Source: Candidatus Latescibacterota bacterium
GTDB lineage: Bacteria; Latescibacterota; UBA2968; UBA8231
Assembly (NCBI GenBank): GCA_964291625.2
Contig: OZ220090.1
Location: 32,001 to 96,000, forward strand
Length of the DNA stretch: 64,000 nt
Direction: 5' to 3'
Below are positions 10,073 through 19,895 of the stretch, in pieces. The notes beneath the pieces are model-generated. The model ran no database searches. It saw nothing but the letters and a program-made list of their open reading frames with translations, and was not told the origin of the DNA. A program made the translations under genes and the position numbers. Positions within the stretch are counted from its first letter, which is position 1, and the number at the start of each line of letters is the position of its first letter.

Positions 10073-11989
10073 ATGAGAGCTGCACGACTCGTCTTCGTCA
10101 CCGGGGCCCTGGTCGCGCTCACCGCCGGCATGGCGGCCGCCCAGGGAGCCATCGGCGGCGAGGACAACCAGATCACCGAGAGCCGCATGCCCACGGTGCT
10201 CACGGTCGAGGTGGCGGACATGACCGTCAGCAGCTTCCCCGTGGACATCCCCTTCACCACCAGCGGCTCGGCGGCCACTGTCTACCTGGCCGTGTACACC
10301 AACCTCTCCGACGCCGACCTGCCGGGGCGCACCACCGAGGGCGAGTTGAACTGGCACACCTACCAGGAGATCGACTACGCCCTCTACGTCTCCCCCGGCT
10401 CGCGGTTCGAGCCCGGTTCCCACTCGATCACCTGGGACGGGAATGACATGGGCGGCAACGGCGTCGATCCGTCCGGCAGCTACCGCTTCTTCATCATCGC
10501 CCTCGACGATCAGGCGCCGATCAACATGGTGGGCTACACCAACGCCCGCCATACATCGGAGTCCTGCCTGGCCCGCGACCAGAACGGCGACCTCTTCATC
10601 CTCAGCGGCGGCTCGGTGGTCCGGCTCACGGACGGCGGCCCCCGCCACCTGATCCTCTCCAGGGTCGGCACCAACTGGATCGAGACTCCGGGAGCATGGC
10701 AGGCGATCGACGTCGAGGACGAGTTGATGCCGGTCTTCCACACCGACGACATCGTGCCCGTCGAGTGGGCCGGCGGCGGCAACGGCAAGCAGTACGGCTC
10801 CCTGCCCGGCGACTTCTACGGGGACTCCTTCGGTGCTGTCGCGGGCGACGAGGACGGCAACGACTACGGGGCGATCAAGTTCAACGTCGACCCCGCCAAC
10901 GGCCAGGTCACCCTCGACCGCAACTTCGGCGACCAGGGCGACGGCCGCCTGAAGTTCGAGCCCTTCAGCGACGGCAACCTCATCGTCGGCTCCACGGGCA
11001 TCGATTCCTGGGACGGCCTCATCTACTACCCGATCTACGACCGGGGCCGCGACGCCCCCGCCCACTCGAACGTGGGCGTTCAGGACCCGGCCACCGGCAA
11101 CGTCGTCGATGTCCTCGACCTGTCCGAGTGGAACGTGGTCGACGTGGGCGCCGGCAACCAGGCCTTCAGCCCCCACGACATCTGGGTCGACGGCACCGGC
11201 GTCTATGTCGTCGGCTACGCCGCGCCGCTGCACCTCAAGATCACCCTCGATGGCGAGCTGAAGTGGATCAACAACAACGGCGACGGCTTCGCCGACAGCA
11301 TCAACCCCGACACGGGCGACTTCGACTACGGCTCCTTCGCCTACACCCCCTGGAACACGGCGGGCTCGGGTAGCAAGGACGGCTGGGGCTTCGCCTACAT
11401 CCCGCTGCTGGGCAGCACCACCAGCACGGTCGACATCCTCGGCCCGGACGGCACGGGGATCCTGCACATGGTCGCCACCCACGCTCCCGCCCACTGGCCG
11501 CAGTGGGTCGAGTCGATCGAGGAGGACGGTCCCTACGACGGCCTCTACTGGGACATCGGCTCGCGGCGCGGCGGCGGCGGCGATCCCTGGGACGTGCCCG
11601 ACTTCACCGGGTTCCCGGCGCGTCAGGCGATCCACTTCCCCTTCGACCTCAAGTCGGCCGTGATCAACAGCGACACGGCCGTGGAGGAAGTGGCGGGCGC
11701 CGGCACGCCCGGGTCCTATTCCCTGGCCGACGCCTACCCCAACCCCTTCAACCCGGAGTCGACGATCCGCTTCAGCCTCCCCCGGGAGGAGCACGTGAGC
11801 CTGCAGGTCTTCAGCCTGACGGGCCAGCTGGTCAAGACCCTGCACGAGGGGTTCGTGGAGGCCGGCGTGTATGAGAGCGTCTGGGACGGTATGAACGAGT
11901 CCGGGGAGAGCGCGGCCAGCGGCGTCTACCTGTACAGCCTGCAGGCCGGCTCCTTCCAGGCGACCAAGAAGCTGACCCTGCTCAAGTAG
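10073..11989 (+). CDS. Secreted protein with N-terminal FlgD-like Ig domain and C-terminal FlgD/T9SS type-A sorting-like domain
   Basis: AGGAG RBS before ATG 10073; signal peptide MRAARLVFVTGALVALTAGMAAAQ; ITWDGND..G..SGSY near the N-terminus; C-terminal YPNPFNP...WDG...SGVYLYSL...TKKLTLLK. Confidence 0.8.
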   Translation: MRAARLVFVTGALVALTAGMAAAQGAIGGEDNQITESRMPTVLTVEVADMTVSSFPVDIPFTTSGSAATVYLAVYTNLSDADLPGRTTEGELNWHTYQEIDYALYVSPGSRFEPGSHSITWDGNDMGGNGVDPSGSYRFFIIALDDQAPINMVGYTNARHTSESCLARDQNGDLFILSGGSVVRLTDGGPRHLILSRVGTNWIETPGAWQAIDVEDELMPVFHTDDIVPVEWAGGGNGKQYGSLPGDFYGDSFGAVAGDEDGNDYGAIKFNVDPANGQVTLDRNFGDQGDGRLKFEPFSDGNLIVGSTGIDSWDGLIYYPIYDRGRDAPAHSNVGVQDPATGNVVDVLDLSEWNVVDVGAGNQAFSPHDIWVDGTGVYVVGYAAPLHLKITLDGELKWINNNGDGFADSINPDTGDFDYGSFAYTPWNTAGSGSKDGWGFAYIPLLGSTTSTVDILGPDGTGILHMVATHAPAHWPQWVESIEEDGPYDGLYWDIGSRRGGGGDPWDVPDFTGFPARQAIHFPFDLKSAVINSDTAVEEVAGAGTPGSYSLADAYPNPFNPESTIRFSLPREEHVSLQVFSLTGQLVKTLHEGFVEAGVYESVWDGMNESGESAASGVYLYSLQAGSFQATKKLTLLK

Positions 11990-12011
11990 CGGCCAGCGGC
12001 AGTCTCGGCAG

Positions 12012-12062
12012 ATGGACAAGGTGAGCGATCTCTTCGAGGGTCGCTCACCTTGTCTGTTTTAT
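12012..12062 (+). terminator. Rho-independent terminator or stabilising hairpin
   Basis: 14-bp perfect stem GACAAGGTGAGCGA (12015-12028) / TCGCTCACCTTGTC (12041-12054) followed by TGTTTTAT. Confidence 0.75.
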
Positions 12063-12179
12063 GCCTCTCCGGGGTCCGGCGCAGGCCCGTCGCGGGGCCG
12101 CTCCCCCGTACTTCCCATGATTCCGCGGGGCGCGGGGCCGACAGGTGGATCTCCACCAGGAAAGGGAAGAAGGCTCTCA

Positions 12180-14327
12180 TTGGGAACAGGACTTCCTTCG
12201 CTCGTTCCGGGTCTGCTGCTCCTCGGCGTCCTCGCCGGGCCGGTCGGGGGTGACGTGCTCCGCATCGGTCACTGGCAGCAGACCACCTGGTACCGCCACA
12301 CCTTCAACGCCGACGAGGCCAGGGACGCCCTGCTGCGGATCACCGCCGCGGGGGAGTACGTCCTCTATCTCAACGGCGCCGAGGTCGCTTCGGACGGCGA
12401 CTGGCGGACCGCCGAGGCGGTACCCGTCTCCCTGGCACAGGGCGACAACCACATCGCGGCGGCGGTGACCAACCTCCCGGGAGAGTCCGGAGCCGGGCTC
12501 CTCCTCAGCCTTCAGGGCGGCCCCCTGGTCGCCCGCAGCACCTTCTCCGACGAGACCTCCCCCTGGTACTGGACGGGGGAGGGGCAGGACGGCACGGGCT
12601 GGACCACGGCTGACGTGGAGGGCACGTGGAGCCGCGTCGGCGCCGGGTCGATCGACCGGGTACGGGTGAGCGAGGCGATCTTCCACCCCGAGGCGGAGCC
12701 GGTCGCCGGCTATCCCAACGCGGTGAATCTCGCCAGCTCGCCGGAGGGCCGCATCGTCCTGGCCGATCAGCGCGGACGGAACATCGCCCTCGGGGCCAAC
12801 GCCACCGAGGTGGGCGTGACCGACGGGACGATCGGCCTCCCCGTATGGTCCCTGCCCCAGGGGCTGGGAGCGCTGAACCGGGTCGTCGACGTCGCCCTGC
12901 CGGAGCTGACCCGGATCGAGCGGGTCCGGGTGATCACCAAGCCCCCGGAGGGCAACGAGACCTGGGCGGGCAACTCCCTCCTCGGCTACTCGGTGCAGGT
13001 CAGCGAGGACCAGTCCCGATGGATCGAGATGGGGGGCGTCAACGACATCGAGAACCATCTCTTCACGGAGGTCCGCTTCAATCCGGTCCTGGCGCGGCAC
13101 GTCCGCGTCCAGGTGACCCAGGCCGAGGTCGGAGCCGACCCCGCCAAGGTGGCGGAGGTCCAGATCTACGGGGTCGACTTCGTTCCCGCCGGGTCCTACG
13201 TCTCCCCGCCCCTGGACCTGGGCGACCCGGAGGCGGTGAAGAACTTCGGCCGCGTCCGCTGGTGGGGGGATGTGCTTCCCGCCACCTCCCTGGGCCTGCA
13301 GTTCAGCACCGGCGACAGCCCGGACACGACCGACGGGAGCTGGAGCGCCTGGAGCGAGGAGATGGTGGACTCGGGCGCCCTCGTCTCTTCTCCCGAGCCT
13401 CGCCGGTACCTGCGCTACCGCGTGAACCTGCGCACCGACGATCTCGAGTTCACCCCCGGTCTCGACAGCCTCGAGATCGACTATGACCCGCAGGGGATCG
13501 CGGCCCGAAGCGCCACCGCTTCGGTGGTGCCCAACGAGGCCCCCATGGGACAGGACGTGGACTTCCTCCTCAGCGTCGGCATGGCCCTGGAAGAGGGGGA
13601 TGCCCTGGAGCGGATCCGCGTTCGCCTTCCCAGCCTCCCCACGGCCGTGAACTCGATACAGCTCCTGGGGCAGGAGATCGCCGTGCCGGAGTTCCCCACG
13701 GGCGAAGGAGGCCTGGACGCGGGCGGGCGGATCCTGCGGGTGGCCCCGGCCGACGTGCGGGACGTGGACGTCAGTTTCGATCCACCCCTCACCTCCGCGG
13801 ACGGCAGCGAGATCCCCTTTGCCATCTCCGTGCGGTGCGCCCTCTACACCGACACCCACGAGTTCCGCGCCTCCCTCTTCAGCCCGGGGTCCGAGAATCC
13901 CCTGAACGTGCTGGAGGAGACCGCGGAGGGGGCCTCCTGGACCGTGGTGGTGACCGACGTCGTGGCCGGAGACCTGCTGCAGGTCAGGGCCCAGCCCCCG
14001 GCCTTCTCGCCCAACGGCGACGGGATCAACGACTTCACGATCATCGAGTTCGCCCTCGCCAAGGTGACCGAGCCCCGCCAGGTGGACGTGGACCTCTACG
14101 ACCTGAGAGGGCGCCGGGTCCGGAGGCTGGAGACGCCGCCCCTCATCGGAGGGCGCTACCTCCATCCGGGTCTGGGAGCGGCGGAGTCGGCCTTCTCTCC
14201 CGGGTTCTGGGACGGAAGGGACGACGCCGGCAACCTGGTGCCGCCGGGGATCTACCTGTTCTCGGTGCGGGCGAACCTCGACGGCGGTGACGCGGCCGTC
14301 TCCGGAGTGGTCCATGTGGCCTACTGA
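12180..14327 (+). CDS. Secreted protein with galactose-binding/discoidin-like domains and C-terminal CHU_C (type-B CTD-like)/FlgD domain
   Basis: A TTG start at 12180 gives a signal peptide (the ORF-track start lies inside the terminator). YVLYLNG jelly-roll, YSVQVSED...ARHVRVQVT..AEVQIYG discoidin-like, FSPNGDGIND...WDGRDDAGNLVPPGIY C-terminus. Confidence 0.7.
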   Translation: MGTGLPSLVPGLLLLGVLAGPVGGDVLRIGHWQQTTWYRHTFNADEARDALLRITAAGEYVLYLNGAEVASDGDWRTAEAVPVSLAQGDNHIAAAVTNLPGESGAGLLLSLQGGPLVARSTFSDETSPWYWTGEGQDGTGWTTADVEGTWSRVGAGSIDRVRVSEAIFHPEAEPVAGYPNAVNLASSPEGRIVLADQRGRNIALGANATEVGVTDGTIGLPVWSLPQGLGALNRVVDVALPELTRIERVRVITKPPEGNETWAGNSLLGYSVQVSEDQSRWIEMGGVNDIENHLFTEVRFNPVLARHVRVQVTQAEVGADPAKVAEVQIYGVDFVPAGSYVSPPLDLGDPEAVKNFGRVRWWGDVLPATSLGLQFSTGDSPDTTDGSWSAWSEEMVDSGALVSSPEPRRYLRYRVNLRTDDLEFTPGLDSLEIDYDPQGIAARSATASVVPNEAPMGQDVDFLLSVGMALEEGDALERIRVRLPSLPTAVNSIQLLGQEIAVPEFPTGEGGLDAGGRILRVAPADVRDVDVSFDPPLTSADGSEIPFAISVRCALYTDTHEFRASLFSPGSENPLNVLEETAEGASWTVVVTDVVAGDLLQVRAQPPAFSPNGDGINDFTIIEFALAKVTEPRQVDVDLYDLRGRRVRRLETPPLIGGRYLHPGLGAAESAFSPGFWDGRDDAGNLVPPGIYLFSVRANLDGGDAAVSGVVHVAY

Positions 14328-14357
14328 GAGATCCTCCCCCGGAGGCGCCGAGGGCTC

Positions 14358-17063
14358 GTGAAAGTCCGAACCCTCACACGATCCGCGCTGGCGGTGGCAG
14401 CGGCGTCCCTGCCCCTAGGCCCCCCCGCCGAGGCCCAGATGCTCTCCCGGGAAGACTACCCCCTGTGGGAGAAGGAGGCGTACGAGAACATCGGCCGCTT
14501 CGGGTACCGCGACTTCGACGAGCGCGACGTGGAGAGGCGGGTCTACGACCCCTTCGGGGTCTACCTCATCGATGGCGTCCCGGTCTTCGCCCTCGAGGAG
14601 AGCCGCACCCAGGGACCCGAGCGGGGCAGCGGCATCTTCAAGAGCCCCCTCTATCCGAGCATCTTCCGCAACCTGATGATCGGCATGGACTCCTACCGGG
14701 GGTGGGCGGCCTCGATCATGGTGGGCGACGCCGTGCCCACGCGGTTCTCTTCCCTCACCCTGAACCTGAGCCGGCTCAACGGCATCCGCTTCGACGCCTC
14801 CTCCCGCAAGTCGAGCTTCAGCCTCGTGGGCTCGCGAATCTCCGACCCGGTGCTGCTGGCCACGGGCCTGACCCAGAGCGGCGTCCAGGTCAACCCCGAG
14901 GGCGTTTTCGGAAGGCCGACCTTCGGGAGCTACCTCATAGGCGGCCACTGGGAGACGACCCTGGGCAACGTCCTCACCCTCGGATCGAGCTACGTCAACG
15001 TCCACAACTTCGACAGCGTCGCGGGCCGGGACGAGGGATCCCTCAAGGGAGTCGTTCCCTTTTCCGGCCTGGAGGAGGCGAGGTCGGTCTTCGTCATCGT
15101 CACCGACGATTCCCACTGGGACCGCAACGGCCCCAAGATCTTCCGAATGGAGATCTACGTCGACGGCGAGCTCCGGGAGGACATCGAGCCCATGATCCGG
15201 ATGCTTCCGTCGCTGCCCGTTCTCGTGGGGGAGGCGAACCGGGAGATCGGACTGGGGACGAGCGAGATCAACCTGCGGCGGGCGGACCGGCCCTCCTGGT
15301 TGATCGAGAGCTACCAGATGGAGGAGATCGTCCGCGAGGGCTATGACCGCCGGGGCAACCTCAGCAACTTCACCAGCGGCGGCCTGTTCTTCAAGGGGGG
15401 CGTGGAGGTGACCCACGAGGGGGTCCCCTTCCTGCGGGCCGAAGGGACCGACGTCCTCGTCTACCGGTTCGACGTGCCCCCGGGGACGAGGGAGGTCCGC
15501 TTCCGTGCTCTGGCCGCCGGGGACTACGTGATCGACGTGGCCAGCGCCCTCGGCTGGATCGGGACGGACGTGCAGTGGCGGGACTGGCACACGGTGGAAC
15601 GCGCCCCCGGAAACGTCCGCGACGACGGCAACATGCGGTGGGTCACCTTCCGCTACGGCTTTCCCACCGGCATGGTCCTCTTCGGCATGGACTTCGAGGC
15701 CAGCCTCTTCGGCTTCCGGGCTTGGGGGGAGTTCGCCCGCAACCGGTCCTACTTCAAGTTCCCCTCCGGCCAGGGGGGGCGACTGTCCACGACCGAGGAC
15801 GCCTGGTTCATCAACCTCTACCGGGAGGTGGGGGCCTGGGACCTGGGCTTCGAGTACATGAACATGCCCTCGGCCTTCGCCACGAGCTTCCCGGCCCTCA
15901 TGCAGAACCCGCGGCAGAACGTGGTGGCCCCCTTCGAGCTGGTGGACGACAACGACGACCGCGACGAGTGGCCCGACCGCTGGGAACAGCAGCGCGACTT
16001 CGCCTCACTCAACCTCACGCCGGCGCCGGGATCGGGACTGGGCTTCGGCGTCTTCCCCGGGCTCGACGTGGACAACGACGGCCAGCGGGACAACGTCTGG
16101 TACCGCGGCGCCGACCGGATCCTGACCTACTACGACCAGCCCTTCTATTTCGGCGACGACTTCAACAACAACGGGCTGGTGGACGGGTGGGAGAACGACA
16201 ACCGGCCGGACTATCCCTACGACCTGGACCGCCGGGGAGCGCACGGCTTCGTCACCTGGCGGCCCTTCTCCGACCGCAAGAGCGTCTGGATGCGCCTCGG
16301 CCGCTACGACGTGCGGCAGCCCGACGGCGGCGGCCGGGACCGGGCCATCTACCTGAAGGCCAACTACCTGCGGCGCTGGGAGGGGCTGGGGCGGGTGCAA
16401 CTCAGCTACTACGGCAAGCGGGTCCGGGACGACGTGCCCGACGACCTCTACCAGCTCAGCAGCGGCTACCGCATCCTGCCCGACCGGCTGCTGCGGCGCA
16501 ACAGCCTGGTGAACACCCTCCTGGCGGGGGGCCACCTGAACACCGACGCCCTCCCGAACCTCAACATCTACAACGACATTCGGCTCTCGATCAACGACCA
16601 GCGGGAGCTGGAGGAGGAGGACTTCCAGCAGCCCGACGCCCGGGTCACGGGCGTGGGCTACGTGGCCCGGGCGGATTACACATGGCGCCTCGGGCCAAAC
16701 CTGAGCTTCGGCCCCATGTTCAAGGCGACCGTCAACCGCACCCTGGCGCGCCTTCCCAGCCTGCGGAGCCACAGCTACACCCTGACGCCGATCTTCCGGG
16801 GCGACTACCGCTTGGCGTCGAGCACGGTGCTGCGGGCGGGGCTGCTGGGAGTGCCCTTCCGGGCGCAGTCCCGGAACCTGCTGTGGCCGTTCCTCGACAA
16901 CGACTCCTGGTACTACATCCTGCTGTTGGAGAACCTCGGCAACTACCGCGGTATCGACGTGAGCACCAGCATCGGCTTCCAGAAGAACTACGTCCGCTAC
17001 ATCTCCTCCCACCGGGTCCCCAGCGGGTCCGAGCGCTACTTCATCCGGCTGCGGATCGGCTAG
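14358..17063 (+). CDS. Large exported hypothetical protein, paralog 1 (Asp-rich Ca-binding-like motifs, probable beta-barrel)
   Basis: Signal peptide; VDDNDDRDEWPD, GVFPGLDVDNDG, DFNNNGLVD, PDYPYD; amphipathic strands ending YFIRLRIG. Confidence 0.7.
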   Translation: MKVRTLTRSALAVAAASLPLGPPAEAQMLSREDYPLWEKEAYENIGRFGYRDFDERDVERRVYDPFGVYLIDGVPVFALEESRTQGPERGSGIFKSPLYPSIFRNLMIGMDSYRGWAASIMVGDAVPTRFSSLTLNLSRLNGIRFDASSRKSSFSLVGSRISDPVLLATGLTQSGVQVNPEGVFGRPTFGSYLIGGHWETTLGNVLTLGSSYVNVHNFDSVAGRDEGSLKGVVPFSGLEEARSVFVIVTDDSHWDRNGPKIFRMEIYVDGELREDIEPMIRMLPSLPVLVGEANREIGLGTSEINLRRADRPSWLIESYQMEEIVREGYDRRGNLSNFTSGGLFFKGGVEVTHEGVPFLRAEGTDVLVYRFDVPPGTREVRFRALAAGDYVIDVASALGWIGTDVQWRDWHTVERAPGNVRDDGNMRWVTFRYGFPTGMVLFGMDFEASLFGFRAWGEFARNRSYFKFPSGQGGRLSTTEDAWFINLYREVGAWDLGFEYMNMPSAFATSFPALMQNPRQNVVAPFELVDDNDDRDEWPDRWEQQRDFASLNLTPAPGSGLGFGVFPGLDVDNDGQRDNVWYRGADRILTYYDQPFYFGDDFNNNGLVDGWENDNRPDYPYDLDRRGAHGFVTWRPFSDRKSVWMRLGRYDVRQPDGGGRDRAIYLKANYLRRWEGLGRVQLSYYGKRVRDDVPDDLYQLSSGYRILPDRLLRRNSLVNTLLAGGHLNTDALPNLNIYNDIRLSINDQRELEEEDFQQPDARVTGVGYVARADYTWRLGPNLSFGPMFKATVNRTLARLPSLRSHSYTLTPIFRGDYRLASSTVLRAGLLGVPFRAQSRNLLWPFLDNDSWYYILLLENLGNYRGIDVSTSIGFQKNYVRYISSHRVPSGSERYFIRLRIG

Positions 17064-17066
17064 GCC

Positions 17067-19895
17067 ATGGGCAAGTCCGGAATCCTCCTTCGTCTCGCCG
17101 CCGCCGCCCTGGTCCTGCAGGGAGTGCCGGCGGATACCGCCGTGCGCGGTCCCGGTCTCTTCCTCTACCGGCCGGGCGAGGGCTACACGACCCATGCGAG
17201 GGAGTCCTACAAGCACTGGCCGCGCTCCTACCTGGTGCGGCCCGAGGACCTCGTCTTCGACGAGCTCGGGAACTTCATCGTCGAGGGGATCGAGGTCTTC
17301 CGGCTGCGGGAGTCGCGGACCCTCGACCCCGAGCCCGGCAGCGTCATCGACAAGAGCCGCTACTTCAAGGACTACCTCAGCCGGCTCTCGGTCGCCTCCG
17401 ATTCGTACGGGGAGTTCCACACCACCCTCGCCGTAGGCGACCAGATCCGCACGAAGTTCACCTCCCTCACCCTGGACTTGGCGGCGATGAACGGCATCCG
17501 CTGGGACATGAGCACCTCCAAGGGGGACTTCACCCTCATCAACTCCCGCCTGGACTACCCGATCTTCGACGTCGCCACCAACGACGACAACAAGCAGCAC
17601 AACTACAGCGTCTTCGGCACCAAGCCGCCGTACTTCGCCACCTACCTGCTGGGCTCCCACCTGCGGACCAGCATCGGGGCCCTGAACCTCGGGGCGGTGT
17701 GGGTCAACCAGTACCGCATCAACAGCCTCCTCGGGCGCGGTGAGTGGGACCTGCGCGGGGCGATCCCGGGGAACACGCCCTCCATCGACTACCTGGTGGT
17801 CCGCTTCGCCGACGGATCGATCGATGACGGCGGCGGACCCCGCGTCTACGATCTGAAGGTCTACGTCAACGGCGAGTTGCGGCCGGAACTGCGGGTCCAC
17901 CCGGACGCCGCCTCGGCGGCGGGCATCGACGACACGGGTCGCATCGTCGTGACCCGCCACCACGTGGAGGATATCGATCCGGCCTTCCCCAACGGCGACA
18001 AGCTGTTCCCCCGGGAGCTGGACCGCGAGATCCCGCCCTACGTGGAGTTCATCAGCGGCCTCCTGCCCGAGGAGTTCCCGGGTGAGAGGGGGTACATCGA
18101 GGCCCACGGCAAGGAGTACCTGCTCTACTGGGTGCCCCTGGGCGAGGAGGATGTGAACGACGTGACCTTCCGGGCCCGGGTCGCCAACGACTACCGGATC
18201 AGCATGTCCGAGGTCTATGCCAACGTCCCCTCCCGGTCTCGCGAGGGACGGACCCCGCGCGACCGGAACCGGGCCCTCTACTTCCAGGACGTGGCCCACG
18301 CCCGGGGCAGGATCCAGGACCTGTCCAACCTGAAGGTCGTCGAGTTCCGGTACGGCCGGCAGACGGGAAGGATGCTCGCCGGCGTCCACGCCGACCTGGA
18401 GGTGGAGGACTTCTCCTTCCGGGCCGAGTACGACGTGAGCACCGACTTCCGCCGTTACCCCGTGGCCGCCGGCAAGCGCAGCCGCACCCGGGGAGACGCC
18501 TTCTTCGCCAACGCCAGAATTCGGCGGGGGATATGGGAGTTCGGCGGCGAGGTGTTCTCCATGGACCCGGAGTACGGGACCTCCCTGCACGTGCAGGACC
18601 CGTCGTACCAGAGCTTCGTCACCCTGCCCTTCAACCCCCTTGACAGCGAGATCGAGGGCAGCCTCAAGGGTATCGACGGCTTCAACCAGAGCACTCTGAA
18701 CGGCACCCTGGTCTTCGACACGGTCGAGGACAACGACGACAAGGACCGCTTCGCCGACGCCCACTACATCAAGTCGCGGCGCGACCTCGACGGCGTCTTC
18801 CCGGGCCTCGATCTCGACCAGGACGGCCGGCCCGAGACGAACCGCAACAACAACGGCATTCCCGACTATCTCGAGCCCTTCCTGCTCTTCGAGGTCAACC
18901 CCGAGGAGTACGACTACGGCGACGACCTGAACAACAACGGGATCATCGACATCCGCGAGGACGACCCCACCGTCGACTACCCGTACGACCCCGACCTGGA
19001 GGGCCTCCACCTCTTCGCCAGCGCAAGCCCCCTGCGGGGGGCCTCGCTCACCGTCGGCCGCTACCAGACGCGGCAGATCGCCGCGGGGGGGCACAACAAC
19101 GTCCTGTACGGCAAGGCCGTGTACGAACGCCATTTCCCCTTCTGGGGGCGCTTCACTTTGATCAACTTCGCCAAGAGAGTGGAGGACGACATCCGCAACG
19201 ACGTCTTCCTCTTTCCCCGCAACGCCACCTTCGAGCTGCAGGAGGACGTGAGCGGGCGCATCACCGGAACCGGTCTCGGCGTGACCCTCATCGAGGATCC
19301 CCTGCGCATGCAGGACAGCTTCGTCAACACGGCCTACGCCGCCCTCGACTTCGCCGGGCTGGAGCCGGTCGAGATCCACCTCGACTACAAGCACGACTTC
19401 AACCACCAGTTCGGCCGGGACGGCGGCGAGGCCAACCGCATCGTCCGTTCGACCTCCGTGGTCAAGGGGGAGTACCCCCGTCACCTCTCGGGAAGGTTCC
19501 GGGGCATCACCATCACTCCCCGGGTCAAGGTGATGTCCCAGAAGCTGACGGACGAGCGCTTCCCGATCTCCGTGCTGCACGAACTGTTCTTCTATCCCAT
19601 CCTGCGGCTGGACTGGAGGCTGACCCCCCTCACCAGCGTGCGCATGGGGGCCCAGGGGTTCCCCTTCCTCCGCAGCCGCTCGCTGGACCTGGTCAACCCC
19701 TCGCGGGACTTCGACGGTGAGGACTACGTGGCCATCCTGGCCAACACCTTCACCTACCAGGGCTACGAGGTGAACTTCAACGTGGGGTACCAGGTGCAGA
19801 AGAGGACCTTCGATTCCCCGCTCCGGGCCCAGTCCAACGTGAACACCTCCATCTTCTTCTTCCGGGCCCTGGTGGGGCTGAGGCCGGTGATCTAG
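17067..19895 (+). CDS. Large exported hypothetical protein, paralog 2
   Basis: Signal peptide; motifs shared with neighbours (KFTSLTL..NGIRWD, GGP.V..L.VYVNG, VANDY, EDNDDKDRF, GVFPGLDLDQDG, DLNNNG, DYPYD). Confidence 0.7.
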   Translation: MGKSGILLRLAAAALVLQGVPADTAVRGPGLFLYRPGEGYTTHARESYKHWPRSYLVRPEDLVFDELGNFIVEGIEVFRLRESRTLDPEPGSVIDKSRYFKDYLSRLSVASDSYGEFHTTLAVGDQIRTKFTSLTLDLAAMNGIRWDMSTSKGDFTLINSRLDYPIFDVATNDDNKQHNYSVFGTKPPYFATYLLGSHLRTSIGALNLGAVWVNQYRINSLLGRGEWDLRGAIPGNTPSIDYLVVRFADGSIDDGGGPRVYDLKVYVNGELRPELRVHPDAASAAGIDDTGRIVVTRHHVEDIDPAFPNGDKLFPRELDREIPPYVEFISGLLPEEFPGERGYIEAHGKEYLLYWVPLGEEDVNDVTFRARVANDYRISMSEVYANVPSRSREGRTPRDRNRALYFQDVAHARGRIQDLSNLKVVEFRYGRQTGRMLAGVHADLEVEDFSFRAEYDVSTDFRRYPVAAGKRSRTRGDAFFANARIRRGIWEFGGEVFSMDPEYGTSLHVQDPSYQSFVTLPFNPLDSEIEGSLKGIDGFNQSTLNGTLVFDTVEDNDDKDRFADAHYIKSRRDLDGVFPGLDLDQDGRPETNRNNNGIPDYLEPFLLFEVNPEEYDYGDDLNNNGIIDIREDDPTVDYPYDPDLEGLHLFASASPLRGASLTVGRYQTRQIAAGGHNNVLYGKAVYERHFPFWGRFTLINFAKRVEDDIRNDVFLFPRNATFELQEDVSGRITGTGLGVTLIEDPLRMQDSFVNTAYAALDFAGLEPVEIHLDYKHDFNHQFGRDGGEANRIVRSTSVVKGEYPRHLSGRFRGITITPRVKVMSQKLTDERFPISVLHELFFYPILRLDWRLTPLTSVRMGAQGFPFLRSRSLDLVNPSRDFDGEDYVAILANTFTYQGYEVNFNVGYQVQKRTFDSPLRAQSNVNTSIFFFRALVGLRPVI

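Noticed and set aside
12012-12179. ORF-track start of the discoidin/CTD protein
   Set aside because: Overlaps a terminator hairpin and buries the signal peptide; TTG 12180 fits better.
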